This document shows positions 57,081 through 64,000 of a stretch of DNA of 64,000 nucleotides, piece after piece. The notes under the pieces were generated by a model. That model saw only the letters and a list, made by a program, of their open reading frames with translations, was not told where the DNA came from and searched no databases. This DNA is from Narcine bancroftii (lineage: Eukaryota). The DNA lies in assembly GCF_036971445.1 (NCBI RefSeq), contig NC_091476.1, positions 140,802,001-140,866,000 on the forward strand, in the 5' to 3' direction. The position numbers were made by a program, and so were the translations under genes. Position 1 is the stretch's first letter. Each line of letters begins with the position of its first letter.

Positions 57081-57280
57081 TGGAGTGAAACACGGAATTC
57101 CATAGTTGCTGTGATTGTAGTCAAAACCCAGAAATGCTGAGCCGATCTCGCAGTGTCCATAGGAGGTAAAGATATGTAATTGCCAATTTGGGCCTGTCAA
57201 GATATCAGGCCCAAAACATCAGTTCTTTACCTTCTATGGATGCTGCGAGACCAGCTGAGTTCCTCCAGCATTTTTTTCTT
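57081..57280. mobile_element. Short inverted Penelope pseudo-LTR pair (second subfamily); a similar one lies at about 54230-54355
   Basis: CTCGCAGTGTCCATAGGAGGTAAAG...TTGGGCCTG versus CAGGCCCAA...CTTTACCTTCTATGGATGCTGCGAG. Confidence 0.7.
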
Positions 57281-58059
57281 TTAACTGCGTGATCCATTTT
57301 CCTGCTCAGTCCCAAATCCCTTAATCCAAAATTTTGTTGATTTCAGCTTTGAATAAGCAGGACTGAAGTTCGTCAGTCCAGGGGTAGGGAATACCAAAAG
57401 GTAACAATTTCTCTTCACCTCAGCAATCAAAGTCTGGCTGCTTATTCTGATGTCATGTCCTCTAATTCTGGACAGCATTTGATCAACCAGTCCTCATCTT
57501 CATTGAACTGAAGACAGGGTTGAAAGAGTTTTTGTAAAAAAAAAATTGGTGTGGGGATGTTGAAGGGGAGATTAAGGAGACGAACATCTCTCTAGGGTCT
57601 AGATTTAAGTTTAATTGACAAATGATTCAAAGGTGTTAAGCAGAAACTTTATTCAACTAGTGATCTGGAATGTACTGTTCGAAGGAGTAGAATAAATTTC
57701 AAAAGCAAATGGGTAAATGCACAGTAACATTTACAAAAGTGTAGGGAAGGAAGTGAAGGTAGTGGGATTAATTGGATATTTTGTTCAATAAAATACCTCC
57801 CAAGCTATAAAGTGCTAACCCTATCAAACAAATGGCCAAAGAGCTAAGTTTTAAGGAGTGACTGAAAGGGTGGGTTTGAGGGGAGGGTGGGGGGTGAAGA
57901 ATTTGGAAGAGATTTCCAGAACTTTCAGATGCAAGTATAGCCTCCAATTCAGGGATGATTTATAAGTCGGAATTCGAGAAATGAAAAAAAAAAACACTGG
58001 AAGGATTGTAGTGTTGGGAGATGACAGGAATAATGCAAGGCTGCAGGAATTTGAAAACA

Positions 58060-58270
58060 CGGTTGGCACAGCAGCTAGCACAACACTATTACACTGCCAG
58101 TGATCCAGGTTTGAGTCTGGCGCTGTCTATAAGGAGTTTGTACAGTCTCCCTGCATCCGCATAAGTTTCCTCCGGGTGCTCCGATTTCCTCCCACCCTTA
58201 TGTTAATTGGGGTTTTTGGGTGGCCCAGGTTTTTGGGTGGAAGGGCCTGTTACCATGCTGTATGACTAAA
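58060..58270 (+). mobile_element. V-SINE-like element
   Basis: A- and B-box remnants, then TAAGGAGTTTGTACAGTCTCCC...TTTCCTCCGGGTGCTCCGATTTCCTCCCAC. Confidence 0.75.
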
Positions 58271-59601
58271 TTTTTATTTTTAACATTAAGCTGGAGCCTG
58301 CAAATGCAACAAAGGCATGGGTGATGAGGGAAGGGAACGTGTTATGAGTTGGGAGATGTGGGCAGATAATTTAGAATAAGATGATGCTTATGGACTGAAG
58401 TAAAAGAAATGATGTGTGAAATAGGTCTGTAGAGAAGAAGAGTTAACCTTTTATGACTGTGACCTGGAAGCAGAACATTGTTAATTCTCTTTTGTTGCTG
58501 ATGTTTCACAATATTTTCTGCTTCTATTTCAGGTTTACAGATAGAGGGAGCCAGGAGAGCACTACAGTAATCATGTGTAGAGGTATGCATGAGGATAAGG
58601 TGGGGGCAGCAATGGGTAAAGTAGCGCAGGGGGAAGGAACTATGTGTCGTTGTGGTGGACATAATGGTCTGGAAGCTGATCTGAGGGCTAATACCAAGGC
58701 TATAGTTTAGATCAGTGTCAGGCAGGTATTGGAAGTATCATCAAATGGAAATGGCCAACTAGTTGAACTGCACATTCTTGTGTGTGAGAATATTGCATTG
58801 GCTTTTTTTTAATATAAAACTCAAATTTTCTGGCAAAATAGTAAATATTTTTTTCCTATGAGAATGGGTGCAAATTGAGATAATTAGTAGTCTCATCTTG
58901 TAAATTGCATCACACTAGTTTTGTTGAAAATTTTTAAAAATTAATTTGCATCTGCTGAATTTATTAAGCATATGGATGCAGTGGTGTTGCACTTAAGCCT
59001 TCTGATGTCTCATCAGTTGGTCAGTGAGTATTGGCAGATTTCTAAATTACTCCAAATATCATAGCCACACTGCATGCCCTCTCTCAGTATCCTCTACATT
59101 CACAGTTCTGACCACTAAATAATGGCAAGGACACAATATTGACAGATTCTTCCCTACCATAAACCATTATTACCCCAATTATTACTGTTTAATTTGTGGA
59201 AAGGTTTTATTATGTATTTGATCTAACCTCCATTTCCCTCCTCTAGTGATACATAACCAAGAAGATATTAATGGGCCATCAGTTGTGTGTAGGCAATGGC
59301 ATCCTGATAGAAGGGCCATTGATGTAGTGATGTGATATTAAATTAATTACTGGGAAATAAAATAAACCTATATTTTTAAATAAAGCTTGCATAATGCAGA
59401 TGTATCTTTGATGTGACTTAGTAAATTAAAAAAGTATTAAATTATATAAAGTGTAATTGTTAACTGGTGAGGAAACACTTTCAAATTCCATTACATTTAA
59501 AGGGAACAAAAGTAACATTTCTAATGTGAATATAGAGTTGTTTACAGCCTGAGAATGTTATTGAACAAAATTTATTTCCTCTCGACAGACTTTTGAAAAG
59601 C

Positions 59602-62600
59602 ATGTCTGATGTTTCTGTGGGCTCTGAGCCCCTACGTGAGCCAGTGGGATTAAGTGCAGGGACTGAAGTACTTCCCAAACATGGTGAAATCCCTTCAGTT
59701 CGTACAAAAGTGTGGAAAACGCAGGAGCAGAGTAAAACGTACACTCGTGAGGCAAGTGATGTAAATGCAGATTGGTGTAGTAAGATTGCAAGAAGTATTG
59801 TTGGACCTCTGTCTGATTTCTAGCTAATAAAACAAATTGCCAGCACAGCTTGAATCAATCAATTAATGTAAATAATTCACTGTTCCATCCAACTTCTGTT
59901 TTGAATCCCTGACATCACTTCCTTGCTATTTTTATTTCCATTTCTTATATCAGGATGCCTAATATAGAATAATTCTGGATATTCCTCATGGATGCAGGTA
60001 ATAATATTTATAGAAATAGTCTTAGTGCAATGTCTCAGAATTTTCATGTCTCTTTCCGAAACTTATGGTCAGTGACTCCACTCAATTTGCACACAGGAGT
60101 GAAAATGCTGAGTGACCAAAGGAAATGCTCACACTAACCATATTCATGAAGCAAAATTAATTTATTTGTATAGATTAAATATTCATCCTGTAGATGTATT
60201 GATTGTGTGTTATGTCTGGTTGTGTGTCTGCATGTTTTGCATCAAGGACCAGAGAACACTGATTTGTTGGGTTGTACTTGTACAGTCACATGGCAATAAA
60301 CTTGACTTAATGTGACTTGACAATTTTTGCCTAGTTTGACATGTTTTTAGTTTTGAGTTTGATCTTGAACTTATTGAGACAATTCTGGATTTGCATTCAA
60401 CCAATATAATTGGGCAATGTTTTAAATTGTAACCTTTCTTTAAAAAAAAAGCTTTAGTAAGTATTTCAGCCACTCAGGTGCCATAGCAACCCTGTGGAAG
60501 GTGATGGTGGGATAGAATTGAGCGGGATTGCAGGCTCGAGCTCACGGAATGAAATCAGTGCCCCTCAATGCAACTGGCCCACCCTTGGTGGAGGCTTTGC
60601 AACTATTTCTAGTTCATCTTTATGACTGTTCTACCAATAATTCCCAATGCAGAGCAAGGATTGTTAGTGTGGAAATCTGCAGTTACTGCTGCTCACAACC
60701 AATGAGTCTGAGCCCAGACATAGGAGGTTCTATCCAGTTTCAATAATGATTCATTCTTTCCTGCTTGAACAGCATAATGGCAGTCAAGGCCAAGGTGCTG
60801 GTTATAGACTTCTGGAAGAGGAGTGGGGCTCACCCTTCTGTCCACACCATCAAATGGAGATTGTATGGCAGCTGTAAGAGTTTAGGGGTAAATGCCTCTA
60901 ATTACCTGCCCTGACACAATTACTTGGGTATTGGCACAGTGGTCAGGAAAATGCATCAGCATCTCTACTTCCTCGGAAGCCTGATGAAATTTGCACGTCA
61001 CCTGCACCCCTCAACAATTTCTGTAATACACCAAGAAAGTATTTTGTCTGAGAGCATCAATGCATGGGATGGGAACTGCTCCACCCAAGATCACAAGGAA
61101 TAGCAGAGAGTTGGGAATGCTGCTCTGACCATCACACAAATCCCCTCCCCTCCATCAACTCCATCTACACATCGCTTTCTCAGAAAAGCATCCAACATAT
61201 TAAAAGTTTCACCCACCTTGGTCACCCTCCTCCCTCCTCACATCAAGAGGTATATTTCTGATTACAAGATCACATACCATCTGATTTGAGAAGATGCTTT
61301 CATTCTCAGACTGTTGAAAGACCCTTACATACTCAAAATGATGTCGCCTTTGCTCTGTTCTGACCTGTCTCTGTAACTTTGCACTCTGTATTGCTGAACT
61401 ATGTATCAGTTGACTTGCTGGGCTGTTGGCAAAACAAGCTCTTCCATAACACCTTGATACACGTGACAATAAACGTGAATTTAAACTTGGTGGTGAATAG
61501 GCAACTCCTAAATAGAATAGATCCACTTTCACAGATAGATCTGAATAAGAGGGAACAAAAGACAATTAATCCAGTTTTTAATTGATGGAGAAACTATGAT
61601 ATTTTTCAATAGGAAATTAATGTATGATCTATCCTAGGGCCTCCATGTTGATGCAGTCATGATAAAGGTTTGCCAGTGGCTATACTTCATTAGAAGTTTG
61701 AGGAGATTTGGTATGTCACCGAAGAATCCTGTATTTTTCTACATGTATACCATGGAGAGCACTCTGACTGGTTGCATCATGGTCTCGTATGGAGGTGCCA
61801 ATGCACAGGACAGGAAAAAAACATCAGGGAGATGTTCATTCGGCTGGCAGCATCACGGGCACCAGTCTTCATTCCATCAAATACAAAAGGGGAGTGTCTT
61901 AAGAAAGCAGCCTCTATCCTCAAGGATCCTCACCACCCAAATCATGCCCTCTTTACACTGCTTCCATGAGGAAGGAGGTACAGGAGCCTGAACACAATCA
62001 TCCAGCAGTACAAAAACACCATCAATTGGCAGAGATCTGTTTCTTTGAGCCAGAAAATTCCAGGTTCAAGTCCCCTATAGAGACTGAGCACCAAAATCTA
62101 GGCTAACGCTTCATTACACTACTGAGGGAGTACTGCACTGTTAAAGGTACTGTCTTTCAGATGAGATGATAAACCATGTTATCATTTTACATCTCAAGCA
62201 AATGATGGGTGTTTCAAAGAAGAATTCAGAATCAGAATTTATTGTCGTGAACATGTCACGAATATCGCTGTTTTGTGGTAGCATCTCAGTGCAAACGTAT
62301 GTAAACCACCTTACGAAATAAAATTTAAAGAAAATAGTGCAAGGGGAAGTCTAAGATTTTCATGGTGTTCTTAGGAACAACACCTCATCTTCCATCGGGG
62401 CATCCTCCAATCAGATGGCATTAACATCGACTTCTCCAGTTTTCATTAGCCCCACCCATCTCACCCCTACCCCTACCCCTTTTCTCTCCTTTCCTCTCGC
62501 TCTGCATTCACAGAGTCATCCTCTCCCCAGATCATTTCTCACCCTTCCTTTCCTGTCCTCTGTCCAATTATCATCTTTTGTCTGTGGTCTGTTTTCATCC

Positions 62601-64000
62601 TCCTTCCCTTTCTTTCTTTCTCCCTAGCCTTTTAATTCACACCCCTTCCTGCTTTTTACTCATACCTCGAAGAAAGGCTGAAACCCAAAACATCGATTAT
62701 ATATCTTTAACTTCTATGGGCAACGCAAGACCTGCTGAGTTCCTCCAGCATTTTTGTATTTTTACTTCATGATATTCTGGTCAGCATACATTCACCAAGA
62801 AAAAAAAATCACTGAAACAGATAACCAATTTCCTTTCAGGTGATTGTTTCTGGGATCTTGCTCTGTACAAGGTGGCTGCTGTGTTTCCACTCCCTGTGTC
62901 ACTGACCAGTTCCAAATAACATAATTGCTTCCAAAACTCATACAACTTCCTGAAAAGAATGACTAAGGCACTTGATGAATCCTTTTCCAGGAACTGATCT
63001 TGCTCCCAACCTGGACAACAAGATCCTGGCATGTGATAACTGATACCTATGACTGATCCTGACCTTCTCTGTCCACAGAAATGCGTCGAATGCAGCAGCT
63101 GCAAGGGGAGCAATCAATATTTGAAGAGAAATTATCAGGGAAGCAGTGAACAAACTCCAGCAATTAAATCTTGCAGGTACTTCATTAGCATGGTTGATTT
63201 GTCAAACGTGAGCTACATCTGCCAAACGTAGTAAATGTCAAGATCATTACTGCAGGTGGTCACAAATGTTTATAGAAACTCCTAACATTTGCCTCTGTTC
63301 TCTTAGTCATTGCCTTAATCATTCTTTCCACACAAAAAATGATTTTCAGCAGATGAGTGAGGTAGAGGAATGTTTTTTTTAACAACAACCTGTCTCATAC
63401 AAGACCTTAAACCTAGGTGTAAAACTGGGCCTACATTTTGCTCAAGACCAAAACATTGGTTATGTATCTTTATCTTTGTCATATAAAGTACACAGTTTGA
63501 TCTGCTGAGTTTCTCCAGCATTGTGTTTTTAAATGAACCTTGAACAAGGACTCAGACCCAAAACTTCAGTTATTTATCTTTACCTCCTATGGACTCTGCG
63601 AGATGGCTGAGTTTCTCCAGCATTTCTGCGTTTCTAGAAGAAATTATAACTCCACTTGTGCCGCCTGACCTGCTATTTACAGCTTTTACTGCTTTCATTT
63701 CAGATTTCCAATATCTGGAGTCCATTGCTTTTTGACATTCTGGCCCCCACGGGCCCTGGGGTCAATGCTTTCGTTTTTTTCACTGGTTTGCCAGTGATCC
63801 ATTCTGACCTCTTGTTGGGACATTGTAATCCCCATGCAGAGAGTTACAGAGAGAGAAAAGTCCATACAAGTTGGGTTCTGCCAGGTTTGGACATCAACCT
63901 GCCTCTCCTTGTGACTTTATTAGTCACACCAGAACATTTTACACTGGCTTGGCAAATCCACTGAAAAGGCCCTCTGGGAAACAGCAGTCAATATCCTACC
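59602..64000 (+). CDS. Candidate 5' part of an unidentified multi-exon gene (exons 59602-59751, 63079-63176, 63840 to beyond 64000)
   Basis: Acceptor tttcctctcgacag at 59588, ATG at 59602, then GAG|gcaagt (GC donor, phase 0). Next cttctctgtccacag|63079-63176|gtac (phase 0 to 2), then ccatgcag|63840, open to the window end only in the required frame. No homology recognised. Confidence 0.45.
60780..62020 (+). mobile_element. Two decayed Rex1/Babar-like fragments (about 60780-61485 and 61625-62020)
   Basis: QWLYFIRSLRRFGMSP..ESTLTGCIMVSYG and KKAASILKDPHHPNHALFTLLP. Confidence 0.7.
62050..62200 (+). mobile_element. DeuSINE (SacSINE1/AmnSINE1-like) remnant
   Basis: B-box GGTTCAAGTCCC, then TACTGAGGGAGTACTGCACTGTTAAAGGTACTGTCTTTCAGATGAGATGATAAACC, recognised from memory as the Deu domain. 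Confidence 0.65.
62370..62770 (+). mobile_element. Penelope 3' fragment with pseudo-LTR; further modules at about 63440-63530 and 63538-63635
   Basis: GAACAACACCTCATCTTCC...GGCATTAACATCGACTTCTC as at 997-1053, followed by the module tail. Confidence 0.75.

Noticed and set aside
63079-63176. In-frame TGA reading (NASNAAAARGAINI*REIIRE) as a selenoprotein
   Set aside because: Another frame is fully open and phase-consistent with the neighbouring exons, and no SECIS evidence was seen.

Overview
Vertebrate genomic DNA, most likely a cartilaginous fish (inferred from the repeat families: CR1, V-SINE/HE1-like, DeuSINE-like, Penelope, Rex/Babar, L1, RTE). It holds two complete head-to-head genes whose start codons are only about 115 bp apart in a CpG-rich bidirectional promoter. 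eif3i is on the minus strand (11 coding exons, 43787 to 13914, 325 aa, one U12-type intron) and tmem234 is on the plus strand (5 coding exons, 43903 to 52205, 133 aa). Three phase-consistent exons from about 59.6 kb to the window end suggest the 5' part of a third, unidentified plus-strand gene. The rest is mostly transposon-derived, and most entries in the ORF track are repeat fragments or spurious. The most notable oddities are: (1) many Penelope pseudo-LTR modules carrying a minimal hammerhead-ribozyme-like core, several as inverted pairs; (2) a TSD-flanked L1 that keeps both ends and ORF1 but lacks almost all of ORF2; (3) a gag+protease-only LTR element; (4) an eif3i intron-1 repeat that reiterates the gene's own ATG|GT start-codon/donor junction; (5) a binary-variant octamer CpG minisatellite in tmem234 intron 1. 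Coordinates were read by eye and no searches were run.
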